Of a DNA stretch of 32,000 nucleotides, positions 16,554 to 25,868 are shown piece after piece (within the stretch, counting starts at the first letter, position 1; each line of letters begins with the position of its first letter). Where the stretch lies: positions 123,464 to 155,463 of the forward strand of contig JBKBHU010000007.1 in assembly GCA_046299715.1 (NCBI GenBank), in the 5' to 3' direction. The stretch is from Tepidisphaerales bacterium (GTDB taxonomy: Bacteria > Planctomycetota > Phycisphaerae > Tepidisphaerales > Tepidisphaeraceae). The position numbers and the translations under genes were made by a program. The notes below the pieces were generated by a model. That model was not told where the DNA came from and made no database searches. It worked only from the letters and a program-made list of their open reading frames with translations.

Positions 16554-17708
16554 CTACTGGCCCGCGCCACCGCCCCCGCCCGCCGACATCGCCGAGAGCC
16601 GCTCGGACAGCTCCGTGATCACCGACCCCGATTCGCGGCGAAGCTGCATCCGCACCACGCCCTCCTCCCAGTCGATCTCAAGCACGGCGGTGTGCGGTTC
16701 GGTGACGTGCGAGCCACGGCGCAGCGCGTTGGGCTCGTTGCTTGGCTGACCGCTGCCCTGATTGAGGGCGCTGGAGGTGATGTCGTAAAGACGCCGTCCG
16801 CTGGGCAACGTCGCTCGGGAGATCTCGCCGCGGTGACGGTCGCCACTGAGCACCACCACCGCCCCGCCGCTGCCGTCCAGCAGCTCCAGCAGGCGCTGCT
16901 TCTCCCGCGGAAAGTTCCCCCACTTCTCGAAGTGGTGCTCATCGGCCAGCACCTGGATGCTGCTGGCCACCACCCGCAGCTCGGCCGGCACCTGAAGCTG
17001 CTGGGTCAGCCAGCTCCACTGCGCCTCGCCTAAGACCCGCGCCGAGGGGTCCTCATCGGGGGCGTACGGGCCGAACTCCGACCGCTGTGGCAGGCGTTTG
17101 AGCGGCGACCGCGACCACCGCGTGTCCAGCAGCAGAAACTGCACCCGCCGCCCCGGCGGCCCGAGCACCACCGCACCGTAGTTGCCGTCGGTGTGCCACC
17201 GCGGGCTGTCCCTGGGCTCGGCCCAGAAGGTCAGAAAATGCCGCCGGGCCAACTCCTTGGCCGGAAACTCTTCCCCGGCATCGTTGCGGCCGTAGTCGTG
17301 GTCGTCCCACACCGCCAGCACGGTGCTCCGCTCCCGCAGCTCCCGGAAGCCGGGGATGGCCAGCAGCCGGCCGTACTTGGCCCTGAAAACGGCCGGGTCT
17401 TCCGTGTCGCCGTAGATGTTGTCGCCGAGGAAGACGTACACGTCGGGCGGGTCGCTGGCGATCGTCCGCAGGATCGGCGCCGGGCGGTTCTCCCGCACGC
17501 ACGAGCCGAACCCGATCGTCCGCACCGGCTGTGTCGGCGGCCACGGCCGCACCGGCGGTCCCGCCAGCGGCTCGACCTGCTCGGGCCCCGACGACGGCTC
17601 CGACGACTGCATCCGCTCGCGCGCTTCCACGGGTCCACAGAGCACACACGCCCACACCACCAGACAACTCAGCCACCCGGCGGCACACCGACTCCGTCGT
17701 TTTCTCAT
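16554..17708 (-). CDS. PhoD-like alkaline phosphatase/metallophosphatase, likely exported
   Basis: 'RTIGFGSCVRENRPAPI', 'PDVYVFLGDNIYGDT', 'VLAVWDDHDYGRNDAG', 'VVVLSGDRHRGEIS'. Start chosen at MRKRRSRC, giving a signal-peptide-like N-terminus. The ORF extends to 17735. Confidence 0.85.
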   Translation of the reverse strand: MRKRRSRCAAGWLSCLVVWACVLCGPVEARERMQSSEPSSGPEQVEPLAGPPVRPWPPTQPVRTIGFGSCVRENRPAPILRTIASDPPDVYVFLGDNIYGDTEDPAVFRAKYGRLLAIPGFRELRERSTVLAVWDDHDYGRNDAGEEFPAKELARRHFLTFWAEPRDSPRWHTDGNYGAVVLGPPGRRVQFLLLDTRWSRSPLKRLPQRSEFGPYAPDEDPSARVLGEAQWSWLTQQLQVPAELRVVASSIQVLADEHHFEKWGNFPREKQRLLELLDGSGGAVVVLSGDRHRGEISRATLPSGRRLYDITSSALNQGSGQPSNEPNALRRGSHVTEPHTAVLEIDWEEGVVRMQLRRESGSVITELSERLSAMSAGGGGGAGQ

Positions 17709-17782
17709 CGACCCGGTTATATCGCCGTTGCGCAAGCCTCGCGTGAGGGCACATCGGCCGGGCGGTACACTGCGAAACGTTC

Positions 17783-19336
17783 ATGTCCCAGACGGCGACG
17801 ACAACGCGCACCCTCGCACCGGTGCTCAGCGGTCTGGGTCTGCTCGGCGTGTTGTTGCTGGCCGCGAGCCTTCGCCTGCACGGCCTCACCGCCGCCCCGC
17901 TGTGGACGGACGAGCTGTTTTCGCTTCAGTCGTCGTGGGGCCGCGGCTTCTTTGTCGAAACGCTGCCCCGGGAAACCGTCCTCGACCCTGCTCCTGACCC
18001 CACCGCTCTCGCCGCCGCCGGCCCGATCCTCGACATCTACGCGACGCAACAGACCGATACCCACCCGCCACTCTATTTCATGGTGTTGCGGGTCTTTCGC
18101 AGCGTTGTCGGCGACAGCATCTGGGCCATTCGGCTGCCGTCGGTACTGGCCTCGCTGGCGGCGGTGGTGGCCGTCTACGTCGCGGTCGCCGTCGCCGCTG
18201 GACGGGCGGCCGGGCTTGCGGCGGCACTGCTCCTGGCGCTGGCGACACCGCAAGTGGTGTTCGCACAGGAAGCCCGGGGTTACATGCTGGCGTCGGCCTG
18301 CGTACTGGGCGCCGCGGCGGCGGTGCTGCGCGTGGAGCGTCTGGGGGTCTCTACGCCGCGTCTGGCGACCTTCGTGCTGCTGTCCGTGGCCGCCGTGGGC
18401 ACGCTGTACCTCGCCGCCCTGCCGCTTCTCGGGCTGGGTGCCTACGCCCTGCTTCACCTGCGTGGGGGGCGGCGGTGGGCTGTCCTGCTGGCTGGACTGG
18501 CTGCGGTGGCCGTCGCGACTGCCCTGCTTGGGCCGCTTCTGCGGGAGCAGCTCCGACACGTCGGCCACCGCAACGCCTGGCTCACCGCCGAGGCCCCGCG
18601 GACGCTGCCCGAGGTGGCGGCGGAGCTGGCACAGGCAGCGGTGCTGGGGGCCGTCGCCCCGGCGCCACCGCGGGCCGCGGCGGCGTCTATGGTCGCCGGT
18701 GCCGTGGCCGCGCTGCTCATGGCCGCCGCCTACCGCCGGGGCCCGGCCACCCGGCCGTGGACGTGGATGGTGCTCGCCGCCACGCTGCCGCTGGCCGCGT
18801 GGGACCTTTTCGGGGACCGCACACACCTTCAGCAGCCCCGATATCTCTTCCTGGCCGGCGGGCCGTTTCTCGGGTGGCTGGCGTGTCTGCCGACGGCACT
18901 GGGGCGACTGGCGTGGACCGTACCGCTGCTGGCCGGTGTCTTCGCGGCGGTCTCGCTGCCAGAGGCCTACCGCAGCACCAAGGAAGAGTGGAACCTCGTC
19001 CGGGATTACGCCGTCGCCGGACACGCCCGCCCGACCGACCTGTTCATCGTGGCGGCCCACGGCGGGCGCGACTGGGAGCACATCCTCTACCTCGGGTTGT
19101 CGCGATATCTGCGGGAGGCGTGGGGCCGGGAGACGCGGCTGGCCATCGCCCTGCACACGGACGCCGCCGCAGACCGCACACTGCTACGACGCGACGCCGA
19201 CCGACGGGGCGGTGTGGTGATCTTCACCGAGCCGGGCACCGCCATCGACGGGCTCGTCCCGCCCGAATGGCGCCGTACCGCGCTGCTCAACGTGCCCAGC
19301 GTCGGGATTCTCCAGACGTTCCGGCCCGCCGAGTGA
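17783..19336 (+). CDS. Glycosyltransferase family 39-like polytopic membrane protein
   Basis: 517 aa, many TM segments; 'LRLHGLTAAPLWTDELFSL' (acidic residues after TM1), 'DTHPPLYFMVLRVF', 'QVVFAQEARGYMLASACVL', the ArnT/PMT-like pattern. Confidence 0.8.
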   Translation: MSQTATTTRTLAPVLSGLGLLGVLLLAASLRLHGLTAAPLWTDELFSLQSSWGRGFFVETLPRETVLDPAPDPTALAAAGPILDIYATQQTDTHPPLYFMVLRVFRSVVGDSIWAIRLPSVLASLAAVVAVYVAVAVAAGRAAGLAAALLLALATPQVVFAQEARGYMLASACVLGAAAAVLRVERLGVSTPRLATFVLLSVAAVGTLYLAALPLLGLGAYALLHLRGGRRWAVLLAGLAAVAVATALLGPLLREQLRHVGHRNAWLTAEAPRTLPEVAAELAQAAVLGAVAPAPPRAAAASMVAGAVAALLMAAAYRRGPATRPWTWMVLAATLPLAAWDLFGDRTHLQQPRYLFLAGGPFLGWLACLPTALGRLAWTVPLLAGVFAAVSLPEAYRSTKEEWNLVRDYAVAGHARPTDLFIVAAHGGRDWEHILYLGLSRYLREAWGRETRLAIALHTDAAADRTLLRRDADRRGGVVIFTEPGTAIDGLVPPEWRRTALLNVPSVGILQTFRPAE

Positions 19337-19363
19337 CGCCCAACGCCGTGCGGTTGAAGCCCC

Positions 19364-19837
19364 CTACCGCCGACGTGCGGACGTGGCCCGGCGAATCTCC
19401 TTCTCCTGCTCTTTGCGGCGGATCTGGTCCCTTTTGTCGTGAGCTTGCCGGCCGCGTGCGACCGCGAGTTCGACCTTGGCCAAGCCGTTTTTGAAGTAGA
19501 TCCGCAGGGGTACCAGCGTCACGCCCTTTTCACGGCACTCCGATTCGAGCCGACGGATCTCCCGCTTGTGAGCCAGCAGGTAGCGGGCGCGTTTGGGTTC
19601 GTGGCTGACGCCGCCGGACTTGTCGTAGGGGTCGATGTGGCAGTTGAGCAGCACGAGACGACCGCGTTCGATCTTGGCGAACGCGTCAGTGAGCTGGGCC
19701 TTGCCCTGGCGAAGCGATTTGACCTCCGAGCCCAGCAGCGCGATGCCGCACTCGAGCGTGGCCAGCACCGCGTAGTCGTGCGTCGCCCGGCGGTTGACGA
19801 TCGTGGGCGTGTCGAGGTGCTCCGGGCGGCGGGCCAT
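19364..19837 (-). CDS. smpB: SsrA-binding protein
   Basis: 'IVNRRATHDYAVLATLECGIALLGSEVKSLRQGKAQLTDAFAKIERGRLVLLNCHIDPY', 'HEPKRARYLLAHKREIRRL', 'GLAKVELAVARGRQAHDKRDQIRRKE'. Confidence 0.95.
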   Translation of the reverse strand: MARRPEHLDTPTIVNRRATHDYAVLATLECGIALLGSEVKSLRQGKAQLTDAFAKIERGRLVLLNCHIDPYDKSGGVSHEPKRARYLLAHKREIRRLESECREKGVTLVPLRIYFKNGLAKVELAVARGRQAHDKRDQIRRKEQEKEIRRATSARRR

Positions 19838-19890
19838 GCCCCGATTCTATCCGCAAGTGTTGTGGACAAACGGGTTTGGAGCCCTCTGCC

Positions 19891-19918
19891 TTGACTGAGC
19901 GGCTCTCGGGGCTATGCT
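19891..19918 (+). promoter_or_regulatory. Sigma70-type promoter for tRNA-Leu
   Basis: TTGACT (19891-19896), 16-nt spacer, TATGCT (19913-19918), with the tRNA starting at 19964. Confidence 0.6.
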
Positions 19919-19963
19919 TCCCTTGCCTCTTCGCCGGTGGCGTTCGCACCGGCGACGTTCTCG

Positions 19964-20045
19964 CGGCCGTGGCGGAATTGGCAGACGCGCTAGATTCAGG
20001 TTCTAGTGAGGCAACTCGTGCTGGTTCGACTCCAGTCGGCCGCAG
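19964..20045 (+). tRNA. tRNA-Leu, anticodon CAG (no encoded CCA)
   Basis: Acceptor GCGGCCG/CGGCCGC, anticodon arm CTAGA-TTCAGGT-TCTAG (anticodon 19998-20000), class II variable arm, T-arm GCTGG-TTCGACT-CCAGT, discriminator A. Confidence 0.93.
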
Positions 20046-20208
20046 TCATCACGTTGTTTCGAGCTTGAAGTCGCCCGACGGGCAGTCGGCGGAGCGTGGA
20101 TGGGCTCCGCGGAGCGGCGCTCGGAGCTGCAGGGTCTTAAGTGGGGCGTGCAAGTGCTTGAGTGAGCTGTAACGTGGCCACTCTGCCGCCATCTGAAGAC
20201 GCCCTGCG

Positions 20209-20230
20209 TCACGGTAAGATTCCACCGTGA
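20209..20230 (+). promoter_or_regulatory. Inverted repeat TCACGGT-N8-ACCGTGA spanning the amidohydrolase GTG start codon
   Basis: Arms at 20209-20215 and 20224-20230, with the GTG start at 20227-20229. Confidence 0.45.
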
Positions 20231-21105
20231 TCGTCGACGTCCACACGCACGTCTGGCAGTCGCCCGAGCAGCTCGGCCGGGTCGATCTCGGTGAGCTGCA
20301 CCGCCCGCGGATCGTCCGCACCGTCCGCTCGACGCTCACCAAGCCCCCGCTGCGAACGGTGCCCTCGGCCGACGCCGACCACCACCTCGCCTCGACGGCC
20401 GGCGTGGACAAGTCGGTCGTGCTCGCCTTCAAGTCGCGATATCTGAAGGCGGAAATCCCCAACAGCTTCGTCGCCGACTACGTGGCCCGGCACCCGGAGA
20501 AGCTCATCGGCTTCGCCGGGGTGGACCCGACCGAGCGGCGGGCGGCCGACGAGCTGAGGCACGCTCGGGAGAAGCTCGGCCTGCGGGGGCTGGTGCTCTC
20601 GCCGGCCAACCAGGACTTCCACCCCGCCGACACGCGGGCTATGGCGGTGTACGAGGCGGCCGAGAGCCTCGGGATGCCGATTCTCGTGCACCCGGGCGGG
20701 CAGTTCACGCCGGAGTCGCGGCTGGAGTTCGCGCGGCCGTTCCTCTGGGATGAAGTCGCCCGCGAATTCCCCAAACTCCGCATCATCATCGCCCAGCTCG
20801 GTCACCCGTTCCTCGACGAAACGCTGTGCCTGCTGGCCAAACATCCGCAGGTGTACGCCGACGTCTCCGGGCTGCTGGCCAGGCCGTGGCAGACCTATCA
20901 GGCGCTGGTGGCCTGTCAGCAGAACTCCGTCATCGACAAGCTGCTGTTCGGGTCGGACTTCCCCTACGCCGTGGCTTCGGCGGCCATCGCCCAGCTCTAC
21001 CAGATCAACTTCTACGCACAGGGCACGAACCTGCCCGTGGTGCCCCGCGAATCGATCCGGGGCATCATCGAGCGGGAGACCCTCAAGTTGCTGGGCATCG
21101 AGTGA
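20227..21105 (+). CDS. Amidohydrolase family (amidohydrolase 2) metal-dependent hydrolase, GTG start
   Basis: 292 aa: 'MIVDVHTHVW', 'KLIGFAGVDPTE', 'LGLRGLVLSPANQDFHPAD', 'GMPILVHPGGQF', 'IIIAQLGHPFLDETLCLLAKHPQVYADVSGL', 'LLFGSDFPY'. Confidence 0.85.
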   Translation: MIVDVHTHVWQSPEQLGRVDLGELHRPRIVRTVRSTLTKPPLRTVPSADADHHLASTAGVDKSVVLAFKSRYLKAEIPNSFVADYVARHPEKLIGFAGVDPTERRAADELRHAREKLGLRGLVLSPANQDFHPADTRAMAVYEAAESLGMPILVHPGGQFTPESRLEFARPFLWDEVAREFPKLRIIIAQLGHPFLDETLCLLAKHPQVYADVSGLLARPWQTYQALVACQQNSVIDKLLFGSDFPYAVASAAIAQLYQINFYAQGTNLPVVPRESIRGIIERETLKLLGIE

Positions 21106-21210
21106 CGGGCCGCACGCGGGCCGGCTGTCTCGACGCGAGGTTCAGCACAGGGTCGCCGGCTCCAGCATGGCCGTGAGCTGCGGCGGCGTCGCGGTTTCCT
21201 GCGGCCGGTT

Positions 21211-21240
21211 TTGGTGAGAGGGCGTCCGAACCGGTATAAC
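21211..21240 (+). promoter_or_regulatory. Putative promoter for the lipoprotein gene
   Basis: TTGGTG (21211-21216), 18-nt spacer, TATAAC (21235-21240). Confidence 0.35.
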
Positions 21241-21290
21241 CGCAGCGGATGAGTGGACCCTCAAGGACGTGCCCCGGCGACCTGCCCGGC

Positions 21291-22025
21291 GTGCGGGGCA
21301 TCTGGGCGGTCGTGGTGATCGCACTGGCGTCGGCGCTGGCGGGCTGCCGCGCGGCCACCCCGTCGGTGACGTTCACCTCGCTCGACCGCTCGCACACGCT
21401 CAAACAGCGGTTCAACGTCGCGGCCATGTCGCGGGACGCCTTCGGCGACTACGACCTGGTGCTCGTCTCGCAGGGCGATGTCGCGGGGTCGTCGTGGTGG
21501 CGGCGCACGGCGAAGACCCTCAACGACACCGTCAACCCCGTCTCGTGGTTCCGGCGCGAACCCGAAGCCGCCCCGTTGACCCCGACCGCGGACGCCCCGG
21601 TGCGGCAGGTACTCCACTTCAAAATCCACTGGCGGCCCCGTGCGGGCACGAGCCCGGAGAACCCTGCGGCCTCCAACGCGACCGTTCGCTGGCTCGTGGA
21701 AGGGCCACAGGACCCGGTGGACCCACAGCCCGACCTGCTCGAGTATCAGGGAACCGCATTCGTCCGCATCCGCTTCGGACGCGACGGCTACCGCCTGGCC
21801 TTCCGCGAAGGGCAACTGCGGGCGACCCGGGTGGACGGCGACATGATGGACGTGCTCGGACCCAACCGCTTCACCGGCTCGGCGACCGTCCGCGACGACC
21901 CGTTCACCGTCGGCCAGGTGCTCTCCGGGTTGCCCCCGCCCTCGGAGCTGCCCGCCCCCGCCGAAGCCCAACGCATCCGGCCCGCGACCCGGCCTGCCAC
22001 CGCACCCGCCGGCGGACGACGCTGA
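21291..22025 (+). CDS. Putative lipoprotein of unknown function
   Basis: In-frame GTG at 21291 gives MRGIWAVVVIALASALAGC, a lipoprotein signal peptide with LAGC lipobox. The ORF track starts it at 21249, only 9 nt past the putative -10 hexamer. Confidence 0.65.
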   Translation: MRGIWAVVVIALASALAGCRAATPSVTFTSLDRSHTLKQRFNVAAMSRDAFGDYDLVLVSQGDVAGSSWWRRTAKTLNDTVNPVSWFRREPEAAPLTPTADAPVRQVLHFKIHWRPRAGTSPENPAASNATVRWLVEGPQDPVDPQPDLLEYQGTAFVRIRFGRDGYRLAFREGQLRATRVDGDMMDVLGPNRFTGSATVRDDPFTVGQVLSGLPPPSELPAPAEAQRIRPATRPATAPAGGRR

Positions 22026-22103
22026 GCTGCACGTCGGCGTCTCCGGCCCGGATGCAAATCGACTCCATCCGACCCTTCCCCCACCACCCTTCTTCCCCCG
22101 ACC

Positions 22104-22571
22104 ATGGCCAAGCGTTCCCCGCAGCTTCACGCCTCCGTCTTGCCGCCCCAGCACCGCAACGGCTCGGCTACCGGTGCCGCGTGGGCGCTGCGTGCCGACG
22201 GAGGGCAGGTGCCGCCGTGTGTGCGGACGCTGCGGCTGATGGACGGCGAAACGGCCGTCGCCGAACTCACCTACGCGCTCGGCGAGCCGTCGCAGGGCAT
22301 CCAGCAGGTGTTGCACGTGCACGTGGCCGAGCCGTATCGCCGCCGCGGACTGGCGACGCGGCTCCTGCGGGAGGCCTTCGCCGACGCCCGCCAGCGGCTG
22401 AGCGAGCTGCCCGGTGCGCCGAAACTCCGCCGGGTGTTCGTGCTCACCGCGCACAAGAGCCACATCCCCCTGCGGGCGGTGCTCACCGAGCTGGGCTTTC
22501 ACCATTTTTCCACCATCGGCGGACTGTGGAAGGGCGAAGACCTGCTGGTGTACATCAAGAGCTACACCTAG
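22104..22571 (+). CDS. GNAT-family N-acetyltransferase
   Basis: 'QVLHVHVAEPYRRRGLATRLLREAFADARQRL' acetyl-CoA binding motif and 'AVLTELGFHHF'. Confidence 0.75.
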   Translation: MAKRSPQLHASVLPPQHRNGSATGAAWALRADGGQVPPCVRTLRLMDGETAVAELTYALGEPSQGIQQVLHVHVAEPYRRRGLATRLLREAFADARQRLSELPGAPKLRRVFVLTAHKSHIPLRAVLTELGFHHFSTIGGLWKGEDLLVYIKSYT

Positions 22572-22637
22572 CCGCCTTCACGCCGGCCGACCGTGAAGCG
22601 GCCGGTTGGCAAGGTCTTCCATCAAGGGGCGTGACGG

Positions 22638-23171
22638 ATGCGGGCATTTTTTTCGATTCCCGTTCCGGCCGAGGTGGGAGCGGCCCTGCTCGGGCTGGTG
22701 CCGCCCATCCGGGGCGTGCGACGCGGCCAGCCCGGCCAGCTTCATCTCACGCTGCATTTCCTCGCCGAGGCCCCCGACGACCTGGCCGACCGCGTGCGGC
22801 TCGAGGGCCTGCCGCCGGCGTTTCGGATCACGCCAGGCAGGCTGGTGCTGCTGCCGACGTCGGGGCCGGTGCGGGTGATCGCCGCCTCCGCCCGGGGCGA
22901 AGGGCTGGCGGCGACGCACGAGGTGGTGGGCCGGGGGCTGCTCGAACTGGGGCTGCCGGTGGAGTCGCGACCGTTCCTTCCGCACATCACGCTGGCGCGG
23001 TGTCAGCCCCCGCTGCCGCAGCAGGTGCGGCAGCAGACGCCCATGGCCCCGCGCAGCGACCTCTCGTTCCCCGTCACCGGTATCGAGCTGGTGGAATCGC
23101 GACTCGGCGAGGGCGAAGGCAGAAGCCCGCTTCACCGGCTGGTGCGCCGGTGGGACCTCCCCGGGGGGTGA
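22638..23171 (+). CDS. thpR: RNA 2',3'-cyclic phosphodiesterase (2H family)
   Basis: Two HxT motifs: 'LHLTLHFLAE' and 'PHITLARC', with 'MRAFFSIPVPAEV' and the C-terminal 'LVESRLGEGEGRSPLHRL'. Confidence 0.87.
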   Translation: MRAFFSIPVPAEVGAALLGLVPPIRGVRRGQPGQLHLTLHFLAEAPDDLADRVRLEGLPPAFRITPGRLVLLPTSGPVRVIAASARGEGLAATHEVVGRGLLELGLPVESRPFLPHITLARCQPPLPQQVRQQTPMAPRSDLSFPVTGIELVESRLGEGEGRSPLHRLVRRWDLPGG

Positions 23172-23276
23172 CACCCGGAGACCGGGTCTCAAACGAGCGG
23201 CTGCCGGCGGAGTCGCTCCGGGCGCACTCACTCCGGCCGGGCCGAACCGCTCGAAGGCGGGCCGGCCGAGCCGCCG

Positions 23277-24398
23277 TCAGCGGATCGTGAGCTGCGGTGA
23301 CGGCGAGAACGCACGTCGCAGCTCGACCTGAGCCACGAGGTTGGCGGTGAGCAGTTCGAGGCTGGCGGCGAGGTCACGGTCCGGGCCGTCGAAGTTGGCG
23401 TGCGGTGTACCCCGGTCGCTGTTGACCCGCAGCTGAGGGTACAGCGGCAACGCACCGAGGAACGGCAGCCCCAGTCGCTTGGCTTCGTTCTCGGCCCCGC
23501 CGGCCCCGAAGATGTCGATCCGCTTGCCGTCGGGCCCGACGAGGTAGCTCATGTTCTCGACCACGCCCAGCACAGGGGTGTTGAGCTGCTGGAACATCCG
23601 CACCGCACGCACCGCGTCATCGAGAGCGACCTGCTGCGGCGTCGCCACCACGACCGCCCCGGTCAGCGGGACCGACTGGCAGAGCGTCAGGCTCACATCT
23701 CCCGTGCCCGGCGGCAGGTCCACCACCAGGTAGTCCAGCTCCGGCCAGACGGTGTTGTCCATCAGCAGTTGTTTGAAGGCTCCGTGCGCCATCGGCCCCC
23801 GCCAGATCAGCGGCTTCTCCTGCTCGACCAGCGCGCCGATGGTGATGACGTCAATGCCGTGCACGAAAAACGGGACGATCTTCCCCGCCTTCACCGTCGG
23901 CGTCTGCCCTTTGATGCCCAGCAACGTCGGCGTGGACGGCCCGTAGATGTCGCCGTCCATGAGGCCCACGCGGTGACCCAGCCGCGAGAGCCCCACCGCG
24001 AGGTTGACCGCGACGGTGCTCTTGCCTACGCCGCCCTTGCCCGCGCCGACCGCGACGATGCTGCGGACCTGCGGGAGGGGCCGCTCGGTACCCGCCGCCC
24101 CCTCCGCTGCCCCCCCACCCGCTCCGCCCGACGACCGGCCGGCCGACCCCGCTCCGCCCCGGTAGCTGACCTCCAGCGCGAACTCGGTGGCATCGGTGTT
24201 GGCCAGCGCCGCCGCCACCTCCTGCCGAAGCCGGTCCTTCAGCGAACTTTCCGGGCTGGTGAGTTCGATCTCGAGGGCGACGCGGGTCCCGTCGATCTCG
24301 ACCGTCTTCACCATGCCCAGCGAGACGATGTCCCGGTGCAGCTCGGGGTCTTTGACGTTCCGCAGGGCCTGGCGCACGTCGTCTTCGGTCAGCGGCAT
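23277..24398 (-). CDS. mrp: Mrp/NBP35-type ATP-binding iron-sulfur carrier
   Basis: N-terminal DUF59/MIP18-like domain 'VRQALRNVKDPELHRDIVSLGMV' plus ParA-like ATPase 'VGAGKGGVGKSTVAVNLAVGLSRLGHRVGLMDGDIYGPS'. Start at ATG 24398; the ORF track extends it artificially to 24950. Confidence 0.9.
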   Translation of the reverse strand: MPLTEDDVRQALRNVKDPELHRDIVSLGMVKTVEIDGTRVALEIELTSPESSLKDRLRQEVAAALANTDATEFALEVSYRGGAGSAGRSSGGAGGGAAEGAAGTERPLPQVRSIVAVGAGKGGVGKSTVAVNLAVGLSRLGHRVGLMDGDIYGPSTPTLLGIKGQTPTVKAGKIVPFFVHGIDVITIGALVEQEKPLIWRGPMAHGAFKQLLMDNTVWPELDYLVVDLPPGTGDVSLTLCQSVPLTGAVVVATPQQVALDDAVRAVRMFQQLNTPVLGVVENMSYLVGPDGKRIDIFGAGGAENEAKRLGLPFLGALPLYPQLRVNSDRGTPHANFDGPDRDLAASLELLTANLVAQVELRRAFSPSPQLTIR

Positions 24399-24503
24399 GG
24401 CGGGGGATGTTAGCCGCGTTCGTGTCCCGGCCGGCCGCAGAGACGCGCGTTCCCGCATCGGGTGTGCGTCGCCCGCCCGTCGCCCGGCGGGTACCATGCG
24501 TGC

Positions 24504-25868
24504 ATGACCGGCGGCGGCAACGCACCGTTGGAGGCGGCCGTGCGACCGCCGTCCGCGTCCCCCACCCCGGCCGCAACGGCTTCCCCCGCCGACGACGCTC
24601 TGGCCGTCGCCCGCACCGGGCTGAACCTGCAGCCGGGCCTGGAAGACGACGGCTGGGCACGGCCTCCGCCGGTGCGGCTGGACGACGGCTCGCAAGTCCA
24701 GCTCTACAAAGACGGCGAAGCCCTGCACGCGGCGCTGGAAGCCATCCGCAACGCCCGTCGATGCATCTATCTCGAGGTCTACATCTTCGCCAACGACGAC
24801 ACGGGACAGGCCTTCAAAGAGGCACTGGCCGAGAAGGCGAGAGAAGGCGTCGCGGTCTACCTGATCTACGACGACTTCGGCTCGCTGACCACACCGCGGC
24901 GGTCGTTCCTGCGATTGCGTGACGCCGGCGTGCGCATCCGTGTGTTCCACCCGCTACGGCCGTGGGAGTGCAAGTTTTCCTGGCGGCCGTTCAACCGCGA
25001 CCACCGGAAGCTGCTGGTCATCGACAACGAAATCGCCGGGCTGGGCGGACTGAACATCGGCCGCGAGTACGCCGGGTCGTGGGTGGCTGCAGGTCTGAGG
25101 AAGCTGCGTCAGCCGCTGCCGGAGAAGTACCGCATCCGCCCGGATGAGTTCTTCCGCGACACCGCCGTCGGCATCCGCGGCCCGTCGGCCCGCGTTCTGG
25201 CCAACGCGTTCGCGCGAACGTGGAACTACCTTTCGCACGGCGGCCGCATCGCCCGTGCGATGACGCTCTACCCCCCGCCCACGGGCGGCCGGCGCCCCGT
25301 CGCCCTCACCGTCCCCGTCCGCGGCAGGCGGCTGGCGTGCATCGCTTCGGTCCCCACGCTCGACTCACCCCTGCGGCCGACCCTGCATCGGCTCTTTGCC
25401 GAGGCCCGCCGTTCGATTCACCTCACCATGGCGTACTTCGCCCCCGACGACGACCTCATCCGCGAACTCTGCCGGGCCGCCCGCCGCGGCGTGCAGGTCG
25501 AGCTGATGCTTCCGGCCAGGACGGATGTGCCGCTGCTGGTGCCCGCGGCGAGGTCGTTTTACGAGACCCTGCTGCAGGCGGGCGTCCGCATCTATGAGCG
25601 CCAGGGCGCCATCCTCCACGCCAAGACGATGGTCATCGACGGCCGCATCAGCGTCATCGGCTCGACCAACCTCGACTACCGCTCGATCGAGTACAACCTT
25701 GAGCTGTCAGCGGTGATCACGTCGGAGGAGCTCGGCCAGCAGATGGTCTCGCTCTTCGAACACGACGTCCGCTTCGCCCGGCGGATCTCGCCCGCGCAGT
25801 GGCGACGCCGCCCTACGCGCGACCGGCTGGTCCAGTGGGCCGTGAGCCGGGCCCGCTACCTGCTGTGA
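24504..25868 (+). CDS. Phospholipase D family / cardiolipin synthase-like
   Basis: Two HKD-type motifs: 'NRDHRKLLVIDNEIAGLGGLNIG' and 'LHAKTMVIDGRISVIGSTNLDYRSIEYNLE'. Start chosen at MTGGGNAPL. Confidence 0.85.
   Translation: MTGGGNAPLEAAVRPPSASPTPAATASPADDALAVARTGLNLQPGLEDDGWARPPPVRLDDGSQVQLYKDGEALHAALEAIRNARRCIYLEVYIFANDDTGQAFKEALAEKAREGVAVYLIYDDFGSLTTPRRSFLRLRDAGVRIRVFHPLRPWECKFSWRPFNRDHRKLLVIDNEIAGLGGLNIGREYAGSWVAAGLRKLRQPLPEKYRIRPDEFFRDTAVGIRGPSARVLANAFARTWNYLSHGGRIARAMTLYPPPTGGRRPVALTVPVRGRRLACIASVPTLDSPLRPTLHRLFAEARRSIHLTMAYFAPDDDLIRELCRAARRGVQVELMLPARTDVPLLVPAARSFYETLLQAGVRIYERQGAILHAKTMVIDGRISVIGSTNLDYRSIEYNLELSAVITSEELGQQMVSLFEHDVRFARRISPAQWRRRPTRDRLVQWAVSRARYLL

Noticed and set aside
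17193-19220. 675-aa plus-strand and 479-aa minus-strand ORFs over the phosphatase and GT39 genes
   Set aside because: Frame shadows of the real genes 16554..17708 and 17783..19336.
21261-23290. 673-aa plus-strand and 414-aa minus-strand ORFs overlapping the lipoprotein, GNAT and thpR genes
   Set aside because: No family signature, while the overlapped frames have motifs.
24399-24950. N-terminal extension of the mrp ORF to 24950
   Set aside because: Mrp begins naturally at MPLTEDDVRQALRNVKDPEL (24398). The extension is antisense to the phospholipase-D-like gene.
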